The translations under genes were made by a program, and so were the position numbers. From assembly GCA_963667785.2 (NCBI GenBank), contig CAXXMU010000001.1, forward strand, positions 576,001 through 640,000: a DNA stretch of 64,000 nucleotides, written 5' to 3'. A model generated the notes under the pieces. It made no database searches. It was not told where the DNA came from and worked only from the letters and a program-made list of their open reading frames with translations. Of the stretch, positions 10,195 to 18,841 are shown one piece after another. Each line of letters opens with the position of its first letter. Position 1 is the stretch's first letter. This DNA comes from Alphaproteobacteria bacterium (GTDB lineage Bacteria; Pseudomonadota; Alphaproteobacteria; UBA828).

Positions 10195-11097
10195 ATGCGC
10201 CTGACGCGCCGGGCGGTGCTGGTCGGAGGGGGCGCTCTGCTCGCGGCGCCGGCGCTCCGAGCCTCGGCCGCAGAGCCGCCCTCGCGGCTCATTCCGGCGA
10301 CCGGAGAGCCGGTGCCCTCGATCGGGATCGGAAGCTGGATCACCTTCAACGTGGGCGACGATCCGCTGCTCCGCGCCGAATGCCGCGCCGTCATGGCTGC
10401 CTTCCTGGAGGCGGGCGGGGGGATCGTCGATTCCTCGCCCATGTACGGCTCCTCGCAGGAGGTCATCGGCGATGCGCTGGAGACGCTGGGCCGCCCGCCC
10501 GGCCTCTTCTCCGCCGACAAGGTCTGGACCGACGCGGCCGACGGCCCGTCCCAGATCGCGGAGACGACCCGCCGCTGGGGGATCGAGCGCTTCGACCTGC
10601 TGCAGGTCCACAACCTGATCGACTGGGAGGCGAACCTCGACACCCTCGCCGCCATGAAGGAGGCGGGCCTGCTCCGCTATACCGGCGTCACCACCTCGCA
10701 CGGCCGCCGGCATGGCGAGCTCGAGGAGGTCATGCGCCGCCGGCCGCCCGATTTCGTCCAGCTCACCTACAACATCGTGGACCGGGAGGCGGAACGCCGG
10801 CTGCTGCCGCTCGCGATGGAGCGCGGGATTGCGGTCATCTGCAACCGGCCGTTTCAGCGCGGCCGCCTGCCGGACAGGCTCGCGGGCCGGCCGCTGCCCG
10901 CCTGGGCCGGCGAGATCGGGGTCTCCACCTGGCCCCAGTTCCTGCTGAAGTTCATCATCTCGCATCCCGCAGTCACGGCTGCCATCCCGGCGACGCGACG
11001 TGTCGACCACGTGCGCGAGAACAAGTCCGCCGCATTCGGCCCCATGCCGGACGCCGCCCTGCGTCGGCGAATGGCGGCGCATGTGCAGGGCCTGTAG
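10195..11097 (+). CDS. Aldo/keto reductase with twin-arginine signal peptide
   Basis: MRLTRRAVL Tat motif; IGIGSW, DSSPMYG, ADKVW, DLLQVHNL, GVTTSHG, QLTYN, AIPAT. Confidence 0.9.
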   Translation: MRLTRRAVLVGGGALLAAPALRASAAEPPSRLIPATGEPVPSIGIGSWITFNVGDDPLLRAECRAVMAAFLEAGGGIVDSSPMYGSSQEVIGDALETLGRPPGLFSADKVWTDAADGPSQIAETTRRWGIERFDLLQVHNLIDWEANLDTLAAMKEAGLLRYTGVTTSHGRRHGELEEVMRRRPPDFVQLTYNIVDREAERRLLPLAMERGIAVICNRPFQRGRLPDRLAGRPLPAWAGEIGVSTWPQFLLKFIISHPAVTAAIPATRRVDHVRENKSAAFGPMPDAALRRRMAAHVQGL

Positions 11098-11160
11098 CGC
11101 CGCCCGGCTCGATACGGAACGCGGCGGGACGCTCGGGCGAGGCAGACGCGCGGCCTAGCC

Positions 11161-11823
11161 GTGTTCTGGGCGCTCAAGGATCTGCTGCCGTTCTCGCCGC
11201 GCGTCTATTGGCGGCTCTTCGCCCTGGAGAACGAGGCGGTCTGGCCGGGGCAGCCGGTGGCGCTGGCGGCCGCTGCGCTGCTCGCCCTCTCCCTGGTGCT
11301 CGGGCGCCGGCCCTCCGGGCGCTGGCTCGGCCCGCTGCTCGGGATCGCCTGGCTCTGGACCGGCTGGCACTTCGTCGCGCTGCGCTACGGCGCGGTCAAC
11401 TGGGTCGCGCCGACGCTGGCCTGGGGGTTCTACGCCGAGGCCGCGCTGCTGGCGGCCCTCGGCCTCTCCGGCCGGCTCGCCTTGCGCCGGCGGGGGCACG
11501 GCGCCTGGCTGGGCACTGGCCTGCTGGCGGCGGCGGTGCTGTGGCCTCTCCTTGCACCGCTCGACGGACGATCCTGGCACGAGGCGGAGGTCGTCGCGCT
11601 CGCGCCGGACCCCACGGCCGTCGCCACGCTCGGCCTGCTGGCGCATGCCGCCCGCAGCCGGTGGACAGCCCTCCTCGGCATCGCCCCGGTGCTGTGGCTC
11701 GCGCTGTCCGCGCTCACGCTCGTCACGATGGGTGCCTGGCAGGGCTGGGTGGTGCTTGTCGCCCTGCTGATCGGCCTCGCCGCATGGGTCGTGCCGGGGC
11801 GCACCGCTGCGGGCGCCCGTTGA
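11161..11823 (+). CDS. Polytopic membrane protein, DUF6064-like
   Basis: LLPFSPRVYWRLF..ENEAVWP N-terminus, several TM segments, APDPTAVATLGLL motif; family name from recall. Confidence 0.65.
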   Translation: MFWALKDLLPFSPRVYWRLFALENEAVWPGQPVALAAAALLALSLVLGRRPSGRWLGPLLGIAWLWTGWHFVALRYGAVNWVAPTLAWGFYAEAALLAALGLSGRLALRRRGHGAWLGTGLLAAAVLWPLLAPLDGRSWHEAEVVALAPDPTAVATLGLLAHAARSRWTALLGIAPVLWLALSALTLVTMGAWQGWVVLVALLIGLAAWVVPGRTAAGAR

Positions 11824-11919
11824 ACCGCCGCGTCGCCGCCGCCCCGACTGGCAAGAGCCGCTCCGCAGCACTATGTTTGGTTCCTGGCAGCGCGCGCGGG
11901 CAACCGGTAGAGCGGCAGG

Positions 11920-12681
11920 ATGGCTAAGGCCCAGGCGACCAAGAGCGGCCGGCAGGAGGAGACCCGCCACCTCGACATGGCGACGCAGCCCGTGAAGAGG
12001 CTGCGCATGATGCTCGCCGCGGGCGAGGACGTGCTCGAGATCCAGCGGGTGCTCGGCCGGACCGGCGACAGCGTGGTGAGCGAGCTCCTGCGCGGCCATG
12101 AGACGTTCTACGAGTGGGATCATTACCCGAAAGGGGACGTCTTCGACGGCGAGAGCCACGCCCAGTACTTCTACCACACCCATCCCGGCGGCCTCAGGGA
12201 CAAGGAGCACGGGCACTTCCACACCTTCATCCGCGCCAAGGGCCTGCCGCGCGGCATGAAGCCCAAGCGTCACAAGAGCCGTGACAAGTGGCCCATGGGC
12301 GATGACGCGGTGACCCACTTGGTCGGCATCTCCATGGATTCCAAGGGCCAGCCGCTCCGGCTCTTCAGCACCAACCGCTGGGTCACCGGCGAGACCTGGT
12401 ACAAGGCCGACGACGTGTGCAAGGTGATCGGCCGCTTCGTCATCGGCCACGCCCGCCCGTCCTGGCCGACCAACCGCTGGATCGGCGCCATGGTGCGGCT
12501 GTTCTGGCCGCAGGTCATGATGCTGCTGAAGGCGCGGGATCAGGTGATCGAGAACTGGGCCGCCCAGAATCCCGCTCTCGACACACTCGAAGACCGCCGC
12601 CTCGAGGTGGCCTCGCAGGCCGAGGTCGACATCGAGGCGCAGCTCGCCGCGGTCAGGGCCGCTCTCGACGCACGGACGTGA
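11920..12681 (+). CDS. His-motif protein, DUF6969-like
   Basis: WDHYP..DV.D, QYFYHTH, EHGHFHTF, HLVGISMD..G.P.RLF.TNRWVTGETW; good high-GC codon usage; family name from recall. Confidence 0.7.
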   Translation: MAKAQATKSGRQEETRHLDMATQPVKRLRMMLAAGEDVLEIQRVLGRTGDSVVSELLRGHETFYEWDHYPKGDVFDGESHAQYFYHTHPGGLRDKEHGHFHTFIRAKGLPRGMKPKRHKSRDKWPMGDDAVTHLVGISMDSKGQPLRLFSTNRWVTGETWYKADDVCKVIGRFVIGHARPSWPTNRWIGAMVRLFWPQVMMLLKARDQVIENWAAQNPALDTLEDRRLEVASQAEVDIEAQLAAVRAALDART

Positions 12682-12791
12682 GGCGGCGCAGCCTCGTCGG
12701 GCCCGGTGCCGTCACGATACCGGGCCCGAAATGAAGAACGCCGCCTCTTGCGAGGCGGCGCCCTCGGATAAGGTCAGAGATACGCGTGAGC

Positions 12792-12995
12792 CTAGCTCGA
12801 TGCGCACGGATTGCAGGCGCATGGATTGCAGGCGCACGGGTTGCAGGCACACGGGTTGCAGGCACCGCAGGGGTCGTCATCGTGCGAATCCGCAACCACG
12901 ATCGGCGTGTCGCCAGCGGATACGGCCGACGGCGCGAGAGCGGCGCCGGCCGCCATGGTGACAACGCTCACGGCAACCACGGTCTCCTTGATCAT
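12792..12995 (-). CDS. Small secreted Cys-rich peptide (67 aa) with (CNPCA)n core; putative RiPP/metallophore precursor
   Basis: Strong AAGGAGGAG RBS; MIKETVVAVSVVTMAAGAALAPSAVSA signal, then [40 protein letters not shown]; 9 Cys. Confidence 0.85.
   Translation of the reverse strand: MIKETVVAVSVVTMAAGAALAPSAVSAGDTPIVVADSHDDDPCGACNPCACNPCACNPCACNPCASS
12804..12863 (-). repeat. 4 x 15-bp coding tandem repeat (ACNPC)
   Basis: Plus strand gcacggattgcaggc / gcatggattgcaggc / gcacgggttgcaggc / acacgggttgcaggc; all differences synonymous. Confidence 0.95.
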
Positions 12996-13156
12996 GATGG
13001 GTTCTCCTCCTTGCAGGCGCATGTTGTGATTTTGGTTTCGCGCCGCCGTTCTGGCTGGCCTGTCTGTGCGAAACCTGGGCCATTGTGGTGTATATCGGCA
13101 ACGGTTGAAAGGAGTTTCGCCGCCACGGTGGCGGCCTAGGCGCACGGGGGCGGCCG

Positions 13157-13933
13157 ATGCCCGGCTCGAGCAGCGACGACTATCCGAGGCTTGCGGCTGC
13201 GGCCCGGCGCCTCGCGCTGGAGGCCGGGCGGGCGATCATGGCCCTCTACGGGCAGGCCGCAGAGGTGCAGATGAAGGATGATCGGTCGCCGGTGACCGAG
13301 GCGGACCGGGCCGCCGATCGCCTCATCGTTTCGGGCCTGCGTGCCGCTGACCCCCGTATCCCCGTGATCTCGGAAGAGAGCATGGCCGACGCCGCACCGC
13401 CTGCGGGCGAGCGCTTCTGGCTCGTCGATCCGCTGGACGGAACCAGGGAGTTCATCGCCGGATCAGGCGAGTTCACGGTCAACATCGCGCTGATCGAGGC
13501 CGGCCGGCCGGTGCTCGGCGTCGTGCACGCGCCGGCGCAGGAAGAAGTCTATGTGGCAGACGGGCAAGGGCAGGCCGTGCACGTCGTCGGCGCGCGCGCG
13601 CCGCAGGTGATCCGCGCCCGCCCGGTGCCGGCCGTCGGCCCGGCGGTCATCGCCAGCCGCTCGCACCGCGATGCCGAGACCGATGCGTTCATCGCGGGCC
13701 TCGGGCCGTCACGGACCGCGAGCGCCGGCAGCGCGCTGAAGTTCGGCCTGCTGGCGCGGGGCGAGGCAGATCTCTACCCCCGCTTCGGCCGCACCATGGA
13801 GTGGGACACCGCCGCAGGCCAGGCCGTTCTCGCCGCCGCAGGCGGACACGTCCGTGACCTCGGCGGCCGCGAGCTCGGCTACGGCAAGGCGGGGTTCGTC
13901 AACCCTCCCTTCGTCGCCAGCGGCGAGGACTAG
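13157..13933 (+). CDS. cysQ: 3'(2'),5'-bisphosphate nucleotidase CysQ
   Basis: SPVTEAD, SEE, FWLVDPLDGTREF, SRSH, GSALKF, YPRFGRTMEWDTAAG. Confidence 0.93.
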   Translation: MPGSSSDDYPRLAAAARRLALEAGRAIMALYGQAAEVQMKDDRSPVTEADRAADRLIVSGLRAADPRIPVISEESMADAAPPAGERFWLVDPLDGTREFIAGSGEFTVNIALIEAGRPVLGVVHAPAQEEVYVADGQGQAVHVVGARAPQVIRARPVPAVGPAVIASRSHRDAETDAFIAGLGPSRTASAGSALKFGLLARGEADLYPRFGRTMEWDTAAGQAVLAAAGGHVRDLGGRELGYGKAGFVNPPFVASGED

Positions 13934-13938
13934 GGCCC

Positions 13939-14601
13939 GTGGCACGCTCCGCCGCCTCGGCCGGCCCGCCCTGCCTCGCGCCCACGTCCGCCGCCATCGC
14001 GGAGGCTGCGCGCCTGATCCGCCAGGGCGCGCTCGTCGCCCTGCCGACCGATACGGTCTATGGGCTCGCCGCCGACGCCACCTCCGATGCGGCGGTCGCC
14101 GGAGTCTTCCGCGCCAAGGGCCGGCCGGCCGAGAAGCCGCTGATCGCGCTCGTGGATACGCTGGCGATGGCCGCGACCTGCGGCGACTTCCCGCCTGCCG
14201 CCCGCGCCCTCGCCAAGGCCTTCTGGCCGGGGCCGCTGACGCTGGTCGTCCCGCGCGCCGCAGAGTCCCCTCTCTCGGCGCTGGTCCATCGGGGGGCGTC
14301 CGGAGTCTCGCTCCGCATTCCCGGCAACGAGACCACGCGCGCCGTGGTCGCCGCGGCCGGCTGCCCGCTGACGGCCCCGAGCGCCAACCCCTCGGGCGCG
14401 CCGAGCCCGCTCACCGCCGGCGAGGTCGTGGCCGGCCTCGGGCCGGCGCTCGCGCTGGTCATCGACGGCGGCAGGGCCGCGGACAGTCTCGGCTCCACCC
14501 TCGTCGACCTCAGCGGCGAGAGCCCCCGCCTGCTGCGCGCAGGCGTCGTGGACGATGCGGCGATCGAGCGCGTGATCGGCCCCCTCGATCGCACTGCGTA
14601 A
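13939..14601 (+). CDS. tsaC: L-threonylcarbamoyladenylate synthase (YrdC/TsaC, no Sua5 C-domain)
   Basis: PTDTVYGL, KGRP..KPLI, FWPGPLT, APSANPSG. Confidence 0.9.
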   Translation: MARSAASAGPPCLAPTSAAIAEAARLIRQGALVALPTDTVYGLAADATSDAAVAGVFRAKGRPAEKPLIALVDTLAMAATCGDFPPAARALAKAFWPGPLTLVVPRAAESPLSALVHRGASGVSLRIPGNETTRAVVAAAGCPLTAPSANPSGAPSPLTAGEVVAGLGPALALVIDGGRAADSLGSTLVDLSGESPRLLRAGVVDDAAIERVIGPLDRTA

Positions 14602-14632
14602 TCGGGCGTAATCGGTCGTCCCTGCCGGCCGG

Positions 14633-15544
14633 TCAGGGCGAGGGGGCATCGGGCCGCAGCGCCGCCGCCAGGGGCGTGGTGCCGCTGCCCCGCCGGGCCG
14701 GCTGCTGCTGGGACTCATGCGGCCGCCACCCGGTCAGATAGAGGATCTGGAAGGTTGCCGGGATGCGTCCGTCCGGGGTGCCGAACGTCTCGCGGTAGCA
14801 GGCGTCGGCGGCGCGGAACGTCGTCCGCCGCGCGAAGTGGCGAACCCGCTCCCGGGTGGCATTGGCCTCCCCCATGGCACGCAGGTCGTGCATGAGCGCC
14901 TCCGCGCCGTCATAGGTGACGGTGATCCGGTCGCTGTCGACCACCGGCAGCGCGAAGCCGGCCCGCTGAAGCAGGGCGCCAAGGGTCTGGACATCGGGGA
15001 AGGGCGAGACATGCGGGCGGGCGCCGCCTTCGCCCGCTGCTTCCGCACGCAGAAACGCCTCGCGGAGCTCGAACAGCGTGTCGCCCCCCAGCATCGCCGC
15101 GAGCAGCAGGCCGTCCGGCTTGAGCGCGCGCCTGATCTGGACGAGCGCGCCCGGCAGGTCGTTCACCCAATGCAGGCTGAGCGCGCTGATCACGAGGTCG
15201 AGCGAGGCGTCGCGGAACGGCAGCCATTCCTCGTCCGCCGCCAGACGGCAGGCGCCTGCGGCTCGCGCCGCCATGGCCGGCGAGAGATCGGCCTCGACGA
15301 GAAGCTCCGGCGCGCCCCGCCGGCGCAGCAGGGGCGCGAGCTGGCCGCTGTGGCAGCCGAGATCGAGCACGCGGGCGAAGCGGCGCTTCACGTCGTCGAG
15401 GCGGCCCACCAGCCGCTCGCCCACCTCGCGGACCAGGAAGTCGCCCCGCTCCGCGAAGCGGGCGGCGGCGCGGTCGCGGTGGGCCCGCACGGCGGCACGG
15501 TCGAAGACCAGGGCGCCGTCGGGCGAGGGCGCGTGCCGGACCAT
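14633..15544 (-). CDS. SAM-dependent methyltransferase (BioC/NDUFAF5-like)
   Basis: LDLGCHSG, LHWVNDLPG, GGDTL.ELR, PHVSPF, AGFALPVVD; usual divergent partner of comF. Confidence 0.88.
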   Translation of the reverse strand: MVRHAPSPDGALVFDRAAVRAHRDRAAARFAERGDFLVREVGERLVGRLDDVKRRFARVLDLGCHSGQLAPLLRRRGAPELLVEADLSPAMAARAAGACRLAADEEWLPFRDASLDLVISALSLHWVNDLPGALVQIRRALKPDGLLLAAMLGGDTLFELREAFLRAEAAGEGGARPHVSPFPDVQTLGALLQRAGFALPVVDSDRITVTYDGAEALMHDLRAMGEANATRERVRHFARRTTFRAADACYRETFGTPDGRIPATFQILYLTGWRPHESQQQPARRGSGTTPLAAALRPDAPSP

Positions 15545-15596
15545 GGCACGGGTTATGGCATGATGCCTGCGAGGCGGGAAGCGTCGGGAGGGCGCG

Positions 15597-16364
15597 ATGC
15601 GGAGCGGCCGGCGCAGGGGGCGATTGACGGCCCTCGCGCGCGCCGTCGCTGCGGGCGGTATCGACCTGGTGCTGCCGCCCGCGTGCCTCGCGTGCTACGC
15701 GCCGGTGGCCGAGGCGGGTGCGCTCTGCGCGGACTGCTGGAGCCGGGTTTCCTTCATCGTCAGCCCCTGCTGCGCCCGCTGCGGCCTGCCGTTCGAGATC
15801 GAGGCAGCGACCGGCGCCGTCTGCGGCGCCTGTACCCGGGCACCGCCGGTCTACGACCGGGCGCGCGCGGCATTCCTCTACGAGGGTGCCGGGCGCGAGT
15901 TGATCCTCGCCTTCAAGATGGCCGACCGCTCCTGGGTCGCGCCCAGGCTGGCCGCATGGCTGCATCGTGCGGCGGCGCCGCTGCTGGCCGACGCCGATCT
16001 CGTGGTGCCCGTGCCGCTCCACCGCTGGCGGCTGCTGGCGCGGCGGTTCAACCAGGCGGCGGTGCTGGCTCAGCTCATTGCCGGGCGGTCGGAGGCGCGG
16101 CTGGTCCCAGATCTGCTCGTGCGCACGCGCCGCACGGCGCTCCAGAGCCGGCTCTCCCGGCCGGAGCGGCGGCGCAACGTGCGCGGCGCATTCGCGGTGC
16201 GGCGGGGGCGGGCGCCCCTGGTGGCGGATCGCCACATTCTGTTGGTGGACGACGTGCTGACGACCGGCGCGACCGCGTCCGCCTGCGCCCGCGCCCTGCG
16301 CAAGGCGGGCGCCGTTCGCGTCGATGTCGCGACTCTTGCGCGGGCCGGGCGCGACCCGCCATGA
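15597..16364 (+). CDS. comF: ComF-family (zinc ribbon + PRTase) protein
   Basis: CxxC pairs, VPVPLH, RRFNQA, LLVDDVLTTGAT. Confidence 0.9.
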   Translation: MRSGRRRGRLTALARAVAAGGIDLVLPPACLACYAPVAEAGALCADCWSRVSFIVSPCCARCGLPFEIEAATGAVCGACTRAPPVYDRARAAFLYEGAGRELILAFKMADRSWVAPRLAAWLHRAAAPLLADADLVVPVPLHRWRLLARRFNQAAVLAQLIAGRSEARLVPDLLVRTRRTALQSRLSRPERRRNVRGAFAVRRGRAPLVADRHILLVDDVLTTGATASACARALRKAGAVRVDVATLARAGRDPP

Positions 16365-16431
16365 TGCCGGCCTCGGGCGCACCTGTCGCGCCGGCAGGCG
16401 CGCGGAATCGCTCCAGTGGGGAGGTGGAACC

Positions 16432-17292
16432 ATGACCGAAGCCGTGCGGGTCGCCTGCGTTCAGCCCTCGAGCGGCCAGGACCAGGACGCCAACCTCGCC
16501 GCCGCCGCCGCTCTGGTGCGCGAGGCCTGCGCCGCCGGCGCCGAGCTCGTCGCGCTGCCGGAGAATGTCGCGCTCATGGAGCACCGCACCGCGCTGGTGC
16601 AGGCGAGCGCCGCCCCGCTCGACAGCCATCCGGCAGCCGCCTTCTTCCGCGAGCTGGCGGAGGATACCGGGACATGGCTGCTCGCGGGCTCGATGGCGGC
16701 GAGCGCAGGCGAGGGCCGCATCGCCAACCGCTCGCTGCTGATCGACCCGGCTGGCACCATCGTCGCGACCTACGACAAGATCCACATGTTCGACGTGGAC
16801 CTGCCCACCGGCGAGAGCTATCGCGAGAGCGAGGCCTTCCGCCCGGGCGGGCAGGCCGTGGTGGCGGAGACGCCCTGGGGCGGGCTCGGGATGACCGTCT
16901 GCTACGACCTGCGCTTCCCGCAGCTCTACCGCGCGCTCGCCCATGCGGGCGCACGCCTGATCACGGTGCCCGCGGCCTTCACCAAGCACACCGGCGAGGC
17001 GCACTGGCACGTCCTGCTCAGGGCGCGCGCGATCGAGACCGGCTGCTTCGTCGTCGCGCCCTGCATGTGGGGCAGCCACTCTGGCGGCCGAAAGACCTAC
17101 GGCCACTCGCTCATCGTCGATCCCTGGGGCGAGGTGCTCGCCGACGGCGGCGAGGGCGTGGGCATCGCGATCGCCGATCTTGAGCTTGCGCGCGTCGAGG
17201 CGGTGCGCAGCACCATTCCGGCGCTGGCGCACGACCGCGCCTTCCTGCCGCCGGCAGATGCGCAGCAGGAGCCCCGCCGCGCCGCCGGCTGA
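16432..17292 (+). CDS. Carbon-nitrogen hydrolase (Nit1/deaminated glutathione amidase-like)
   Basis: LPE, YDKIHMFDVD, VCYDLRFP, AAFT..TG.AHW..LLRARAIE, GHSLIVDPWG; GGGAGG RBS before ATG 16432. Confidence 0.92.
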   Translation: MTEAVRVACVQPSSGQDQDANLAAAAALVREACAAGAELVALPENVALMEHRTALVQASAAPLDSHPAAAFFRELAEDTGTWLLAGSMAASAGEGRIANRSLLIDPAGTIVATYDKIHMFDVDLPTGESYRESEAFRPGGQAVVAETPWGGLGMTVCYDLRFPQLYRALAHAGARLITVPAAFTKHTGEAHWHVLLRARAIETGCFVVAPCMWGSHSGGRKTYGHSLIVDPWGEVLADGGEGVGIAIADLELARVEAVRSTIPALAHDRAFLPPADAQQEPRRAAG

Positions 17293-17309
17293 CGCGGGGG
17301 CCGACCGAC

Positions 17310-18122
17310 CTAGAGGTACGCGCCGCCGTCCAGGTTGATGGCCTGGCCGGTGACGTGCGGGGCGTTCGCGAGATAGAGGGCGAGCGCGGCCATGTCCTCC
17401 TCGGTCTGCGGGACGCCTTGGGGGATCAGGCGCTCGATGGCGCGCGCGTAGGACTGCTCCGGCGTCTCCCCGGGCTCCGCGAAGGCGTCGTTGAGCAGGG
17501 TCCACATCTGCGTCCCCACGATGCCCGGACAAATGCAGTTCACGGTAATGCCTTCGCGCGCGACCTCCTTGGCGAGCGCGTTGGTGAAGCCCACGACGGC
17601 GAACTTCGAGGCGCAGTAGTGGCTGAGCGTTGCAGAGCCGAACTTGCCCGCGATCGAGGCGATATTGATGATCCGCCCGCCGCCGCCCTGAGCGCGCATC
17701 CGGATGATCGCCGCCCGGTTCACCAGGAAGGTTCCCTTGGCGTTCACGTCCATGATGTTGTCCCACTCCGCCTCGCTCATCTCCGCGATCGGGCGGGCGG
17801 TGATCACGCCGGCCGCATTGACCACCACGTCGACCCGGCCGAACGCATCGAGACAGGACGCGAACATGGCGTCGACCGACTCCGCGTCGGCGACATCGGC
17901 ATCGATGGCGATCGCGCGCCGGCCGATCTCGCTCGCCACGGCCTGGGCCGCGGAATAGCCGCCGATGTGGCTCCTCTCGTACTGGTTCTCGGCGCTCGGC
18001 GCGTGTTCCAGGCCGGCGAGGGCAAGCCTCATGCCCTCGCGCGCGAAACCGAGGGCGATGCCCCTGCCGATGCCGGTCCCACCGCCGGTGACGAGTGCGA
18101 CTCTTGCCTCTTCGTCAGCCAT
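17310..18122 (-). CDS. SDR-family oxidoreductase
   Basis: TGGGTGIG, NAAG, ASIAG, YCASK, NCICPG, INLDGG. Confidence 0.92.
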   Translation of the reverse strand: MADEEARVALVTGGGTGIGRGIALGFAREGMRLALAGLEHAPSAENQYERSHIGGYSAAQAVASEIGRRAIAIDADVADAESVDAMFASCLDAFGRVDVVVNAAGVITARPIAEMSEAEWDNIMDVNAKGTFLVNRAAIIRMRAQGGGGRIINIASIAGKFGSATLSHYCASKFAVVGFTNALAKEVAREGITVNCICPGIVGTQMWTLLNDAFAEPGETPEQSYARAIERLIPQGVPQTEEDMAALALYLANAPHVTGQAINLDGGAYL

Positions 18123-18212
18123 CTCTGCCAAGCTCCATCGTCGGTTCGTGTCGTCGTGTCGCGAGACGCGTCTGCCGTACGGGAAGAACCGCTCGCGTGT
18201 CCAGACTCTCGC

Positions 18213-18746
18213 TCACGCGCGCGGCGGCTTCCTGGCGCAGAGGCGCTGCACGATCTTCGGCGTGGGCGGCGGGAGCGCCAGATGCTCGTAGGCGATGACC
18301 GTGAGCCGGCCCTCGGCCAGCGCCAGCAGCTCGCCCCGCTGCAGCAGGTAGTCGGGATTGCGGGGGCGGCCGAAGCGCTCGTTGCCGAGGGCGAAGGTCT
18401 CGTAGAGGAAGACCCCGCCCGGCTCCAGGCACTCGATCAGGGGGACGAGCAGGGGGCGGAACAGATAGCCCGTCACCACCACCGCATCGAAGCGCAGGCC
18501 GGCGAGCGGGGCGGCGCCGGGGCGCTCCAGATCGGTCTCGACGATCTCGACCAGGGGGTCGCCCGCGAGGTCGGCGAGGCCCGCCGTGTCGATGTCGATG
18601 GCCGTGACCCTGAGGCCCCGCTCGCGCAGGAGGCGCGTGTGCCGGCCGCCGCCGCAGGCGAGGTCGAGGACGTGGCCGCCGCCGGCGATCAGGCCCGCAT
18701 GGCGGACGATCCAGGGGGAGGGGGTGCGCGATCGATGGTGATGCAT
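18213..18746 (-). CDS. Class I SAM-dependent methyltransferase (TehB-like)
   Basis: VLDLACGGGRH, DLE, YLFRPL, LYETF, P.NPDYLL..GEL. Confidence 0.85.
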   Translation of the reverse strand: MHHHRSRTPSPWIVRHAGLIAGGGHVLDLACGGGRHTRLLRERGLRVTAIDIDTAGLADLAGDPLVEIVETDLERPGAAPLAGLRFDAVVVTGYLFRPLLVPLIECLEPGGVFLYETFALGNERFGRPRNPDYLLQRGELLALAEGRLTVIAYEHLALPPPTPKIVQRLCARKPPRA

Positions 18747-18841
18747 GGTGGCGCTACCCGCGCGAGACAACCGATTGGCGCATGGATTCGGGCTTTTATG
18801 CTACCCTGCCGCGACCTTCGCAGCGTGCCGGGCACCGCTCC

